Positions 49,698 to 60,699 of a DNA stretch of 64,000 nt are shown here, in pieces. The position numbers were made by a program, and so were the translations under genes. Each line of letters starts with the position of its first letter. Within the stretch, counting starts at the first letter, position 1. Under the pieces are notes generated by a model. It worked only from the letters and a program-made list of their open reading frames with translations, was not told the DNA's origin and did no database searches. This DNA is from Candidatus Latescibacterota bacterium (GTDB lineage: Bacteria > Latescibacterota > UBA2968 > UBA8231): assembly GCA_965206595.1 (NCBI GenBank), contig OZ242214.1, positions 4,832,001-4,896,000 of the forward strand, read 5' to 3'.

Positions 49698-51584
49698 TCA
49701 AGGCTGAAACGGCACCGGGATCCTGCCACCGTGCCACGGGAAGGCGTAACCCGGCCGGTTGGCGAAACGGCGCAGCCCTATCTCGAGACGGATGCCGGTC
49801 TCCGGGGGGAGCCGCACCGCGAGGTGCCTGGAGTTTACTGCCGGCGGCCGTTCCCCCGCCCCGTCCCAGGTCAGATCGGTGAACCTGTGCTCGCCGAAGG
49901 CTCCGGCCTGCACAACGAGGTTGCGGGTCGCGGCTCCCGTGTTGACCAGCTGCAGCCCCACCCGCTCCGCCTGCAGCAGATCGACGAAGGCGGCGACGTC
50001 CTCGGGCAGGCCGGGACGCCGGGCGTCGGCGTCGAAGTGACGGACCGTCGACCGCAGCAGGCCGCCGTTGTAGATGCTGTGCGGCGATCCCGTCGTCATC
50101 TGCGTCAGTCCCTTGGTCACCACGGGATTGGGGGGATTCCGGTTCTCTTCGCCGATGGCCTCGACGTCGCGGCTATCGGCGCGGATCGCCTCCGCGGTTT
50201 CCTGCACGTAGCGGAGCTCTCCCCGCATCACCTGCACCGGCCAGTCGGGATTGCGGCCGTCGTAGTACTGGAAGCGTGAGTACTCTGAGTCTCCCTCGCG
50301 GTTGTTCTTCTCGCCGAACGAGTCGAGTTGGTTCCAGTCTCCCTGCCGGTCTCCGGCGCGCAGCCGCTCGATCAGCTCGTAGTCGCGCCGTTCCATCGAG
50401 GCGTGCCAGAGGTGGACGGCGTCGACAATGCGGAAGCGCCGGAAGTGGTACCAGCCGTCCGGGCCGTAGCGGTGGGGCAGCAGGAGCTGGCCGTCGCTGT
50501 CGCTGACGGCGTTGTCGAACAGCAGCCGCAACTGCGAGCGCAGGACATCGAGGTATCCGTAGTCCCCGCTCAGCAACAGGGCGCACTCGGCGCCGACTAT
50601 GGTGCCGTTGAGCATGATCCGGGGAGAGAAGCGGCTGTTCCAGCCGTAGTACCCGCCCCACCACTGGCCGCCGCGGTTTTCGCCGATCTCCCCGGTAGGC
50701 CCGACGTTGTCCGGCATGATGCCGCGGTTCTTCCGCATCCGCTCGATCCAGACCTCGACGTAGTCGAGCACCCACTGCCGGTACTTCTCCTCGCCGGTGT
50801 AGAGATAGGCGTTGGCGACCAGGGCGGTGGCCGCCATGTTCTGGGGGACGTCCCCGTCGAGCACGACCTCGCCGACGAGGCGGACGATCTCGGCGCGGCG
50901 CTGCGGATCGCGGTCCCAGTCCAGCTCGAGCTCCCCGAAAAAAGGATGAAGGCTCGCCCGGATCCCGTAGAACCGCTCCTTCTCCCAGTCCCTGGCGGTG
51001 AGGAGCGTCTTTGCGAGGTGCCGGTCCGCCTGCAGCCGGGGGCCGCGGCTGGTCGTCACCGGGGAGCGCAGGATGCGGCGCCGGCGGTCGTAGTTGGGGG
51101 CCTGTGGGTCTTCGCCGGTGAACATCGCGGCGAAGCGGCGGGCGCGGCGGACGTTCTCCGAGACCGCGGGGGAAGCGACGCCGAAGTCGTAGAACAGCAT
51201 GTTCCCCTCGCTCTGGTGATGCCACTCGGTGTCGTTGTAGTACTCGTTGTGAAGCTGCTGTCCGAATTGCGGGTGCCTGCGGCTGACGATGCCGTCGTCG
51301 CAGAATCTCGTGACCGCGTTGTACTCCTGCAGGGCCCAGGTCAGCAGTTCTTCGCGGCCCCCGAGGGCACGGAAAAGCCCCCAGTTGTAGAACATCTCGT
51401 ACAAGTCGTCGACGTCGTCCGCGTAGTACGGAACGCCCCCGGGCTCGGTGTACTTCTCGATATGGAGCGGCGCGGCCTCGTTGACGGCGTCGATCAGCCG
51501 CCGCTGCAGGAGCGCCCACTCCGGCGCCGGCACCTTCCGGGACGCCGTTACCGAGACCAAGTCCCCGTCCACGGTTCTGATCAT
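49698..51584 (-). CDS. Hypothetical protein, putative (alpha/alpha)-barrel enzyme
   Basis: 628-aa well-formed ORF with AGGAG RBS; DDLYE.F.NW, WHHQSEG, MPDNVG, WWGGYYGW. Confidence 0.75.
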   Translation of the reverse strand: MIRTVDGDLVSVTASRKVPAPEWALLQRRLIDAVNEAAPLHIEKYTEPGGVPYYADDVDDLYEMFYNWGLFRALGGREELLTWALQEYNAVTRFCDDGIVSRRHPQFGQQLHNEYYNDTEWHHQSEGNMLFYDFGVASPAVSENVRRARRFAAMFTGEDPQAPNYDRRRRILRSPVTTSRGPRLQADRHLAKTLLTARDWEKERFYGIRASLHPFFGELELDWDRDPQRRAEIVRLVGEVVLDGDVPQNMAATALVANAYLYTGEEKYRQWVLDYVEVWIERMRKNRGIMPDNVGPTGEIGENRGGQWWGGYYGWNSRFSPRIMLNGTIVGAECALLLSGDYGYLDVLRSQLRLLFDNAVSDSDGQLLLPHRYGPDGWYHFRRFRIVDAVHLWHASMERRDYELIERLRAGDRQGDWNQLDSFGEKNNREGDSEYSRFQYYDGRNPDWPVQVMRGELRYVQETAEAIRADSRDVEAIGEENRNPPNPVVTKGLTQMTTGSPHSIYNGGLLRSTVRHFDADARRPGLPEDVAAFVDLLQAERVGLQLVNTGAATRNLVVQAGAFGEHRFTDLTWDGAGERPPAVNSRHLAVRLPPETGIRLEIGLRRFANRPGYAFPWHGGRIPVPFQP

Positions 51585-51654
51585 CTTGCGGGCTCCTTCT
51601 GTTAGCGCCGCTGCAATCCCTTCGACCTGCGCATTCTCGAGACCACCCGCCGCC

Positions 51655-51954
51655 CTACCTCGTCATCCGGTGCGAGGTGAACCAGCGCAGCAGCCGCGAA
51701 ATGAAGTTCGGCTGACTGTCGTCCATCCACTTCTGGTTCTGCTCGACGCCGTGGGCGTGCACGTAGCGGGCCGAGACGATGCTGTTGCGGGAAGGACCGC
51801 AGACCGCTCCCTGGACGAAGGCGTGACTGAAGGCGGCGCCGCGCGCCGCCAGGCGGTCGAGGTGGGGGGTGATCATGTGCGGGTACCCGTAGCGGCCGAG
51901 CGTGTCCCAGCGCTGCTGGTCGCTCATGACCAGGAGGATGTTGGGTCTGTCCAC
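51655..51954 (-). pseudogene. Sulfatase with large internal deletion
   Basis: RPNILLVMSDQQR, TPHLDRLA, CGPSR signature; ends after 99 aa with a C-terminus-like RLLRWF. Confidence 0.8.
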
Positions 51955-51963
51955 GGACCCGGC

Positions 51964-53289
51964 CTACAGGTCGATCTTCTCGAACTGGGGCAGCCACTTC
52001 CGGTTCTTGCGGAACATCTCCCTCACCATGTCGCGCGCCTCGGCCAGCGACAGCTTCGCCGCGGTCAGCGGATCGTGGGCGATCGCCTGGTAGACGAGCC
52101 CGGCGTCTCCCTTGAGGCAGCCTTCGACCGCCATCATCTCGATCTGGGCGCTGAGGCCGGTGAGCATGGCGCACTGCGGCGGCAGGCTGCCGACGCGGAT
52201 CGGCTCGAACCCCTTGCGGCTGGCGACCACCGGCACCTCGACGCAGGCGCCCTGCGGCAGGTTGTCGACGAGCCCGTCGTTGGCGACGTTGCCGTTGAAC
52301 TCGTAGATCTCCCCACCCATGCGCGCGTTGATGATCGAGGCCGCGTACTCGTGGCCGCGTTCGAGCGGCACCTCGTCCTCGGCGAGCCAGTCGCGGACCG
52401 ACTGCTTCCACGTCTTCTCCCGCTTGCGGTACTCCTCGAGGATGTGGGCGAAACGCCCGGGGTTCCAGCCGGTGCTGCCGGTGCAGTAGCGCTCGATGAG
52501 ATCGGGCCGCTTGCGGAACCACCAGTTGTATTCCGAGTTGTGGCCGCTCGATTCGGTGACGTAGCTGCCCAGCGCCAGGAACATCTCGTTGCGGACCTTC
52601 TCATGGTCGTACACCGCCCTGTCGGTCGTCACGACCTTCCTCAGCTCCGGGTAGAGGTCGCGGCCGCGGTGCTGCAGCCTGAGGTACCAGGCCATGTGGT
52701 TGATCCCGGCACACTGGTAGTCCATCTCCCCCGGCTCGAGGCCGAGCCAGCGCTCGATCATGGCCGCGGTGCCCTGCACCGAGTGGCACAGGCCGGTCAG
52801 CTCGATGGAGGTTTCGCGCTGCATGGCGTGGCACAGCATCGCCATCGGGTTGGTGTAGTTGAGCATGATCGCCCGCGGGCAGAGCTCCTCCATGTCGCGG
52901 GCTATGGCCACCATTTCCGGGATCGTGCGCAGGGCGCGGAAGATGCCGCTGGGGCCGCGCGTGTCCCCGACGTTGGTGTCGATGCCGTACTTCTTGGGGA
53001 TGAGGATGTCGTGCTGCCAGACGCTGGTGGCGCCGCGCAGGATGGTGACGCAGACGGCGTCCGCCCCCGCCAGGGCTTCGCGGCGGTCCGTCGTCGCCGT
53101 CAGCCTGGCCCCGTACCCGCCCTGGGCGATCAGCTTCTCGCAGGCGCGGCGCGCGAAGTCGAGCCGCTGCTTGACGATGTCGACGAGGGCGATCTCGCAG
53201 TTCTCGAGGCGCTCGAAGCTGAGCAGATCGCGGACCAAGTTGCGGGTGAAACCGAAGCTTCCTGCTCCGATGAAGACGACCTTTGTCAT
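51964..53289 (-). CDS. melA: Alpha-galactosidase, GH4
   Basis: [43 protein letters not shown]. Confidence 0.93.
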   Translation of the reverse strand: MTKVVFIGAGSFGFTRNLVRDLLSFERLENCEIALVDIVKQRLDFARRACEKLIAQGGYGARLTATTDRREALAGADAVCVTILRGATSVWQHDILIPKKYGIDTNVGDTRGPSGIFRALRTIPEMVAIARDMEELCPRAIMLNYTNPMAMLCHAMQRETSIELTGLCHSVQGTAAMIERWLGLEPGEMDYQCAGINHMAWYLRLQHRGRDLYPELRKVVTTDRAVYDHEKVRNEMFLALGSYVTESSGHNSEYNWWFRKRPDLIERYCTGSTGWNPGRFAHILEEYRKREKTWKQSVRDWLAEDEVPLERGHEYAASIINARMGGEIYEFNGNVANDGLVDNLPQGACVEVPVVASRKGFEPIRVGSLPPQCAMLTGLSAQIEMMAVEGCLKGDAGLVYQAIAHDPLTAAKLSLAEARDMVREMFRKNRKWLPQFEKIDL

Positions 53290-53550
53290 TGCAGATTCTC
53301 CAATCTCTTTGCGAAGGGGGATTCGATGCCCGTACACACTGCTCCGAGGTGAATTCGGCCGCAGCTGCCTCTCGAGGCGAAAAAAAACCTCGTACGGCCG
53401 GCCCCTGAGGATGGCGGCGGCCCGGCGAGAGACCCGGGCCTGATCGCGGTTCAGTCCAATCCAGGATCATCCGTGCGATTTCCCTCGATCCGGCCTCGGG
53501 CCGTTCGCACGCTGACCGCGCCCGCAGGCACCGGGGGCCGGGTCCGATTA

Positions 53551-55983
53551 TTACCGCCGCTCGGCCCCGACCGGCCCGAAGTCGAAACGGGCCAGGCTGA
53601 CTCCGGCGCTCCAGCCGGGCCGGTCAAGCCGCCGGGTGAAGTCGAGGCGCAGCAAATTGTACAGTATCAGGGAAGCCCCCGCCTCGTGGCGGAAGCCGTC
53701 CTTGTAGCGCGGATCGTAGCCCAAGGCCGCCAACCGCTCCGGGCCGATCCACGTCCTCCCCGAAGCCCCGTGCACCACCAGCCCCGTTCCGCGCCTGGCC
53801 CAGCCCCACAGCCCCAGCAGCTCGAAGGGGGTGCTCTTGAAGTTGTGCTCCCAGTACAGGGCGGCGTACCGCTCCCCCTCGAAAGGGTGGCCGCGCACCG
53901 TGCGGAAGGTGCCGAAGGGGGAGAAGAAGGCCATGCCGGCCTCCAGAGCCCCGAAACGCTGCGGCGGCAGCTCGCCGAGGGAGTACCCCGCCACCAGCCT
54001 GACGTCGAGGGCGTTGGGAGCGGAGCGGCGTCTGAGGAAGGTCTTGAAATGCCCGTCGAGGACCAGGCGCACCCGGGTGAAGGAGAAGGCGCCGCCCAGG
54101 CCCTCGGAGCCGTGCTCGACCCTCGCTTCGAGCCGGCGGTTGGCGGTCAGACCGAACGGACGGTACGGCCCGCCCCACGCGAACCCCGCCTCCAGCGAGC
54201 GCAGCCGCCCTTCCTCGATTTCCGGATTGGGGCGGCTCCAGTCCCGGCCCAGCAGGTTGGAAGCGGCCGTCTCCTGCAGGGAGGAATGCGCTTCGTCGTT
54301 GAAGCCGAGCTCCAGGCCGACACGGCGCGGCAGCGAAAGCCCGACCCGGTAGCGCAGGCCTTCCTTTCGGTAGTAGTCGAAGTAGTCGTCGAGCCCGAGC
54401 AGGCTCTGGGCGCTGTTGAGCAGCAGGGGATAGCTGTCCGAGGGTATGCGGGGGACCGGGCCTCTCCCGTACTCGACGGCCGCGCCGCCCGCTCCCCTGT
54501 GCCATTCGACCCTGCCTGAAAAAGAGACCCGTTTCAGTCCGGCGTCGTAGCCAGCGCCGGCGGCCGCCTCCAGTCCGCCTCCCAGATCCCGGCGCCCCTC
54601 GAGCCCGAGGTGCGCCCCTGCCACCCGGTCGTAGCGCAGCTCCGGGTTCAGGCCGGCCAGTCCCGGGAGGCGGGACCGCCCCATCCGCTTTTCCGTCCCC
54701 GGCCGGACGGGCCTCTCCTCCTCCGGCTCGCCTCCCTTCTCCCGGGGCTCCGGCACCAGGAAGCGGGCGAGAAACCCGGTGGGCCGGAACGCCCGCTCGA
54801 AGCGCAGGGTGCTGTCGATGGTGGCGTACGCCGTCTCTTCCCGCGCCGACAGGGGCACCTTGTCGGCCAGCATCGCAAAGGAGCTGTCCTGCGCCACCGC
54901 CAGGGAGTCGACCCGCAGGACTTCCTCCCCGGCATAGAGCGAATCCGGCATATCGACGTTGACCTCGTACTCTCCCAGCCGCGTCACCAGGTTGTACCTC
55001 GCCGCGGGAAAGTGCAGTCCTACCACGCCGACCTTCACCTTCATGGAAGCCCGGTAGTCGACCGGCAGCCACACCCCTTCGGCAAAGCCGCGGAACTGCT
55101 GGCGCCAGGCGATATCCATCCGCTCGATCACCGGCAGGGGAACGGCCGAGGTCACCGACGCCCGGCTCGGCGCCAGCTCCGCCTCGAGCAGGGCGAACTC
55201 TCTGTCCAGCACGGAGACGCGGCCGGCCAGGGCGGACTGCAGCCTGTTCCTCGGCTCGACCGAGATGTCGAACACCACCCGGTCGTCGAGGTAGCGCCGG
55301 CCCACCAGGCGGAAGCGGTACTGCTCGAGGGCTTCGGGATGGGTCGGACCGATCAGTTCGTGGCCGATGAAGGGGATGTCGTCGTCGTAGAAGTTGACGA
55401 ACCCCTGCAGGGCGGAGACGTATCCCGCTTCGGGGCCCTGGTTGCGGGTCGCGCGCCGGGACTTGACCACCTCGCGCAGGCCCCGCTCGCGATCCCAGTA
55501 GATCTCGGAGGCCAGCTCGCCGATCAGGACGATCTCCTCCTCGTTTTCGAGAACCCGCCGGGTGTAGGCCTGGGCCCGGTAGCTGGCCAGCGCGGGACGC
55601 CACGCCTGCTTGCGGCGGATTACCTCGCGCATGATGCGCACGGCCGGATCCTCCGCGGTCACCACCACCGGCTCGAAGCGGAAGGGGACCGGAGTCAGGG
55701 CGAAGTCGATCCGCCCCGGGGCCGCGGTAAGAACGCTGTCCCGGGAAGCGTAGCCGATGTAGCTCACCTTCAAAACGGCCGGCAGCCGCCGCACCTCGAG
55801 CAGGTACTCCCCCTCGTCGTTGGATACGGTGCCGCGGTAGGTTCCGGCCAGCTGCACGGTAGCCGCGGCCAGGGGCTGCCCGCTGGCCGCGTCGAGGACC
55901 GTGCCGCGCACCAGCCACGGCTGTGGATGGGCGCCCGCAACCGACAGCAGCGAGGCGAGGAGTGCCAGTCTGAAGTGCCTCAT
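53551..55983 (-). CDS. Outer-membrane protein, carboxypeptidase-regulatory-like plus DUF5686-type
   Basis: Signal peptide, GTVLDA..PL..ATV..GT..N..G.Y, SYIGY, C-terminal beta strands (WEHNF, LLRLDF). Confidence 0.8.
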   Translation of the reverse strand: MRHFRLALLASLLSVAGAHPQPWLVRGTVLDAASGQPLAAATVQLAGTYRGTVSNDEGEYLLEVRRLPAVLKVSYIGYASRDSVLTAAPGRIDFALTPVPFRFEPVVVTAEDPAVRIMREVIRRKQAWRPALASYRAQAYTRRVLENEEEIVLIGELASEIYWDRERGLREVVKSRRATRNQGPEAGYVSALQGFVNFYDDDIPFIGHELIGPTHPEALEQYRFRLVGRRYLDDRVVFDISVEPRNRLQSALAGRVSVLDREFALLEAELAPSRASVTSAVPLPVIERMDIAWRQQFRGFAEGVWLPVDYRASMKVKVGVVGLHFPAARYNLVTRLGEYEVNVDMPDSLYAGEEVLRVDSLAVAQDSSFAMLADKVPLSAREETAYATIDSTLRFERAFRPTGFLARFLVPEPREKGGEPEEERPVRPGTEKRMGRSRLPGLAGLNPELRYDRVAGAHLGLEGRRDLGGGLEAAAGAGYDAGLKRVSFSGRVEWHRGAGGAAVEYGRGPVPRIPSDSYPLLLNSAQSLLGLDDYFDYYRKEGLRYRVGLSLPRRVGLELGFNDEAHSSLQETAASNLLGRDWSRPNPEIEEGRLRSLEAGFAWGGPYRPFGLTANRRLEARVEHGSEGLGGAFSFTRVRLVLDGHFKTFLRRRSAPNALDVRLVAGYSLGELPPQRFGALEAGMAFFSPFGTFRTVRGHPFEGERYAALYWEHNFKSTPFELLGLWGWARRGTGLVVHGASGRTWIGPERLAALGYDPRYKDGFRHEAGASLILYNLLRLDFTRRLDRPGWSAGVSLARFDFGPVGAERR

Positions 55984-56252
55984 CCCCTGACCCTCCGCGA
56001 GCACCCCACCCGGGGCTGGCCTGCATGCAACCTTGCCCGGAGCCTGTCCATGCAATCCATCAGTTTGTGCCGCGGGCACCGTTTGAACTGATATCGTGGT
56101 GCGCGTGGGGACCACAGCGAGGGCCTGTCCTCGCCCCGGGGTCCGCAGCTTCCGTCGAGGTCGTTGCGGGGAAGGGGATCTTGCGGGAGTATTTCGCCGA
56201 CCGCAGGGTGAGCCATTCATCCTGAAACCAAACCTACCAGGAGAAAACCGGA

Positions 56253-56591
56253 ATGTATTCGATTTTCGTCACCATCGACGTCAACCCGGAACACGTCGAG
56301 GAGTTTACGCAGGCCAGCTTCGGAGACGCCCGGGGCTCGGTCCGGGACGAGCCCGGCTGCTTCCGGTTCGACATCAACCAGGACCAGGAAATCCCCAGCC
56401 GCTTCTACCTCTACGAAGTCTACCGCGACGAAGAGTCGTTTCAGGCCCACCTCGAAACGCCGCACTTCAAGGAGTGGATCGGCACCGTCAAGCCGATGTT
56501 CGCCGGCGAGCTCGAGAAGGTGTCGATGAACACGGTGTTCCCCTCCGACTCGGGGTGGGAGCAGCAGAAACCCGGGCTTGTGAACTGGTAG
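56253..56591 (+). CDS. ABM/LsrG-like putative quinol monooxygenase
   Basis: EPGCFRFD, FYLYEVY.D...H..TPHF; AGGAG RBS. Confidence 0.88.
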   Translation: MYSIFVTIDVNPEHVEEFTQASFGDARGSVRDEPGCFRFDINQDQEIPSRFYLYEVYRDEESFQAHLETPHFKEWIGTVKPMFAGELEKVSMNTVFPSDSGWEQQKPGLVNW

Positions 56592-56759
56592 CGATCCGCT
56601 GCCTCGAGGTTGCCGCCGCGGAAGGCCGCCGAAAGCCCTCTCGGCAAGCCGCGGTTCCTGCTATGGAGAATCGCGCCATGGCCGGAGACGGGGCGCCCAG
56701 GGACAACCGGTAAACCGTAAAAAAACACCGCGCCGGGACCTCCCCCGGGCCCCGGACCA

Positions 56760-58401
56760 CTACCCTGACCGGCTGCGGGCCGCCTCGAAGAGGGCCCTCG
56801 GCCCCGGTTCCATGATCTGCGGCGGCAGCGCCACCGGCACCTCGATCAGCGCCGGCATCTCCGCCTCCAGCGCCTCCGACAGGGCCCGCCCCAGGCCTCC
56901 GACCTCGGTGACGCGCCGGGCCTCGACCCCGAACGCCCTGGCGAGGGCCACGAAATCCGGGTTGCCCACATCGACGGCGTGCCTGCGGCCAAAGCGATGG
57001 ACCTGCTGGGGCCGCAGGGCGCCGAAGCCGTTGTCGTTGAACAGCAGAACGACGACCGGCAGGCCGGCTTCCGCGGCGACCGCCAGCTCCTGGCAGTTGA
57101 ACAGGAACCCGGCGTCCCCCGAAAGGCAGACGACCGGCCGCCCGGGACATGCCAGCTTCGCCCCGATGGCCGCGGGCAGGCCGAAACCGAGGGTGCAGAA
57201 CCCCCAGGGATAGATGTTGCGGCGCGGCTCGTAGAGCTCGAGCAGGCGCCGGCACCAGTACGCCGCCACGGTGAGATCGCTGACCAGGACGGCGTCGCGC
57301 GGCAGCCCTTCCTGCAGGGCGGCGACGAGCTCCACCCCTTTCCGGGGCCAGCTCGCGGCAGTCGGCGACGATCCCCTTCCTCAGGGCGGCGACCTCGGCC
57401 GCGCGGGAACCGGACTCGAGGCCGGCAAGCCGGGCGCCCATGGCGCGCAGGGACTCGCGGGCGTCCCCGACCACGGCGACGGTGGCCGGGTAGTTGCGGC
57501 CGATCTCTGCGGCGTCGACATCGAGGTGAATCAGGGTTTCCGGGAGGCGCAGTTTCCAGCCGAGGGTTTCCTCTTCGGTGAAGCGGGTGCCGACGGCGAG
57601 CACGACGTCCCGCCGCGCCAGGAACTTCTGCGCCAGCGGGTGCAGGATGGCGGTGCCGGCCGCCAGGGGGTGGTCCTCCGGGAGCGCTCCCTTACCCAGC
57701 ACCGTTGTGAACACCGCGGCTTGCAAGGTCTCGGCCAGCTGCCGCAGCTCGGCGCTCGCGCCGCTGGCGATCACCCCGCCGCCGGCCCAGATCACCGGGG
57801 ATTCTGCCGCGCCTAGACGATCCGCAGCGGCCTCGACGGCCGCATCCCCCGGCTGCAGCCGCTCGACCTGAAGAGGCCCACAGATCTCCGCTTCCCCGGC
57901 GGGATCGAGGACGTCGCAGGGGATCTCGAGCGCCGCCGGACGCGGGCGGCCGCTGCTCATGCCGGCGAAGGCCTCGCGCAGCAGCCCCGGGATGGCGGCG
58001 ACCGAATCGGCGCGCCCGCACCAGCCGCTGACCGGGCGGAAGCAGGCGAGCTGGTCGCTGCACTCGTGCAGGTAGCCCTTCTCCTTGCCGATGCCGGCGG
58101 CCGGGATCTGGCTGGCGATGCAGAGCACCGGCGAGGAATCGCTGTATGCCGTTCCCAGCGAGGTGATCGTGTTGAGGGCGGCCGGCCCGGAGGTGACGAC
58201 GCAGACGCCGGGGCGGCCGCAGGCGCGGGCGTAGCCGTCGGCCATGAAGGCGGCCCCCTGCTCGTGGCGCGCCAGGACGTGGCGTATCGGCGCCTCGATC
58301 AGGGCGTCGTAGAGAGAGAGGTTGTGCGCCCCGGGGAGGCCGAAGACGGTGTCGACGCCGTGCGCCGCGAGGGCGGCGGCGACCGCCTCCCCCCCGGTCA
58401 T
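56760..58401 (-). CDS. ThDP-binding enzyme, split by a +1 frameshift near 57334-57345
   Basis: RHEQGAAFMADGYAR in the N-terminal frame; GFGLPAAIGAK and GDAGF..N in the C-terminal frame. Confidence 0.85.
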
Positions 58402-59669
58402 GCGCGGCTGCGTCCGTTGGGCAGGGTGTTGAACAGCAGCTTGAGGTAGAACAGCGGGCTGGTGAGCTCTTCCTTCGGCGTCGCGTTGGCGATCATGGCG
58501 CAGATCATGTCCCTGACCCTCTCGCTCCTCGCCGCCTTGCCGATGACGAAATTCAGCAGCGGCCGCCAGCGCCCGAGGTTCTGCATACGCGTGCTCGTCT
58601 TCAGTTCGTCGCCGAGGGAGTCCCACAGGCGGTCCTCGTAGCGCTTGAGGAAAGCCTCGCTGAAGTCGCCGGCACGCTTCGCCTCGACCGCGGTCTCGAT
58701 TGCGAACTTCGCCGAGTAGAGGGCGTTGCCTATCCCCTCGCCGGTGAACGGGTCGATCAGCCCGGCGGCATCGCCGAGCAGCAGGACGCCGTCCCCGTGC
58801 GCCTTCCGCCTGGTGCTGCCGATCGGCAGGTTCCAGCCGACCGGCTTCTCCAACGGCCGCGCCGCGGCGAAACGCTCGGCGAAGGGAGGCCGGGAGATCA
58901 CCTGCTCCAGGGCCATCCTCAGGTCGACCTTCCTCTCCTTCATCGACTCCTGCAGCATGCCGATGCCGATGTTGGCGAAGCCGTTCTCCAGGGGAAAGGC
59001 CCAGAAGTAGCCGGGGATGACCTCGTCGACGAAGTGGAGCTCGATCTGGCTGTCGAGTCCTTTCACGTTCTCGTAGTACTGCCGGATCGCCACCACCCAG
59101 TGGCGGCTGTCGTGGGAATAGAGGCCGGACTGCCGGGCGACGATGGAGCCGAAGCCGTCGCACCCGAGCACGAGGTCGGCGCCGATCTCGACCACGGATC
59201 CGTCCTCGAGCCTGCCGGTGACCCCGGTAACGGAGCCGTCGCGCCGCGACAGCCGCGTGACCTGGAATCCCTCGTGGCACTCGTCGGCGGCCGCCTTCGC
59301 CTCCTGGAACAGGAAGTCGTCGAAGATCTCCCGCCTGATCACCGAGCCTTCCATCTTGATGTCGCGGCCGGTCGCGGTGTCGTGCAGGGGGCGCGTCGAC
59401 AGGTCGATGCTGGCGTTTTGGTGCCTGGGGCTGCCGAAGATGACCCTGTCGATGCGGGAACCCGGAAGCTCCCTGACCTGGTCGAGCAGTCCCAGGTCGA
59501 GCAGGACGGCCAGCGATTTTCCCGAGAGGGCGTCGCCGCAGACCTTGTCGCGGGGGAAACGGGCGCGGTCGACGAGGCAGACCGACAGGCCGTGTTTCCT
59601 GGCGTACAGCGCCGCCGTGGCACCGGCGGGTCCGCCGCCGACTACGACGAGGTCCAGGGAAGTTTTCAA
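58398..59669 (-). CDS. Geranylgeranyl reductase-family FAD oxidoreductase
   Basis: VVGGGPAG, FPRDKVCGD, GYFWAFP, GDAAGLIDPFTGEGI. Confidence 0.9.
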   Translation of the reverse strand: MKTSLDLVVVGGGPAGATAALYARKHGLSVCLVDRARFPRDKVCGDALSGKSLAVLLDLGLLDQVRELPGSRIDRVIFGSPRHQNASIDLSTRPLHDTATGRDIKMEGSVIRREIFDDFLFQEAKAAADECHEGFQVTRLSRRDGSVTGVTGRLEDGSVVEIGADLVLGCDGFGSIVARQSGLYSHDSRHWVVAIRQYYENVKGLDSQIELHFVDEVIPGYFWAFPLENGFANIGIGMLQESMKERKVDLRMALEQVISRPPFAERFAAARPLEKPVGWNLPIGSTRRKAHGDGVLLLGDAAGLIDPFTGEGIGNALYSAKFAIETAVEAKRAGDFSEAFLKRYEDRLWDSLGDELKTSTRMQNLGRWRPLLNFVIGKAARSERVRDMICAMIANATPKEELTSPLFYLKLLFNTLPNGRSRA

Positions 59670-59850
59670 GCAGGATTTCCGGGTGGTTTCTGCGTGGGGT
59701 CGGGGAACTTACCGGGCGGCTCCGGGACGGTCAAGCCGGCCGCGGCCGGCTGCAGGCCGGGGTCAAAAGCTGTCTCACCTGGGTTGATGATCATGTTTTC
59801 GGCGTCGGTTTTTTCGACCCCTTTCCACCGTCCTTCAGGCCGCGCGCGAC

Positions 59851-60534
59851 CTATCTGCGCAGGACCCCGATCTCCCGGGTGGTCGCGTCGCAGTACCACA
59901 GCTCGCCGTCGCGCGCCGTCATCCCGTGCACCTCGTCCGGCTCGTTGACGCGGAACACGTCGCAGATCCTGCCGCCCCGGTCGAGGTCCATCAGGATCAC
60001 CGTCCCGGCGGAGGTGTCGGACACCCACAGTCGGCCCTCCTCGTCCCAGGCGATGCCGTGGACCCGGAGCCCCCCGGTGGGAAACTGCTCGACCTCCTGC
60101 CAGGTCTCCGCGTCGATGACGTGCAGCCGCTGCGTCGGCGGGGCCGCGGCGTAGATCCTGCCGTCGCGCCACTCCAGCCCGTGCGAGCTCGACTCGCGGG
60201 GGTTCTCGGCAGCCTCGGCAGAGGCCACCAAACCCCTGCCGGGATCGGGATGGCGGGCCAGGGTCTCACCGGTGAGGGGATCGGCCTTGACGATCTCCAG
60301 CCCGAAGGTCGAGCTGATCCAGAGGGCGCCGTCGTCGCCCATGGTGATGCCGCTCGAATGCGCTGTCTCCGTGTCGATCTCGTGCAGGACCGCGCCGGTG
60401 TCCCAGTCGACCTTCTGCGCCTTGAGCGATACCTGGTCGATGATCCACAACCCGTCCTCGGCCGCATGCAGGCCGTTCGGCTGCGGGCCCGGACTGAGAA
60501 AACGCTTTTCAACTTTTGCGGAATACGTTGCCAC
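59851..60534 (-). CDS. Beta-propeller protein (NHL/Vgb/glutaminyl cyclase-like)
   Basis: Repeats PNGL..DGLW, SGIT..LW, HGLEW, HGIAW, HGM..LW. Confidence 0.7.
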   Translation of the reverse strand: MATYSAKVEKRFLSPGPQPNGLHAAEDGLWIIDQVSLKAQKVDWDTGAVLHEIDTETAHSSGITMGDDGALWISSTFGLEIVKADPLTGETLARHPDPGRGLVASAEAAENPRESSSHGLEWRDGRIYAAAPPTQRLHVIDAETWQEVEQFPTGGLRVHGIAWDEEGRLWVSDTSAGTVILMDLDRGGRICDVFRVNEPDEVHGMTARDGELWYCDATTREIGVLRR

Positions 60535-60699
60535 TTCTCTCCCTTTCGCTTGTTCCGAGACGCTCCCGGATGTCTCCTCTCACCCGGGGATCGGACATCC
60601 TCCCGACTGTGCATTGACTCCCGGAGATCCGCAACGGCTACAGGTTGCCGAACCGCTCCGTTTCACGAAAATCATGCCCGGGCTACGGGGACGGGGCCC

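Noticed and set aside
56488-59280. 930-aa ORF
   Set aside because: Artefact of an open frame overlapping the reductase plus the frameshifted ThDP gene.
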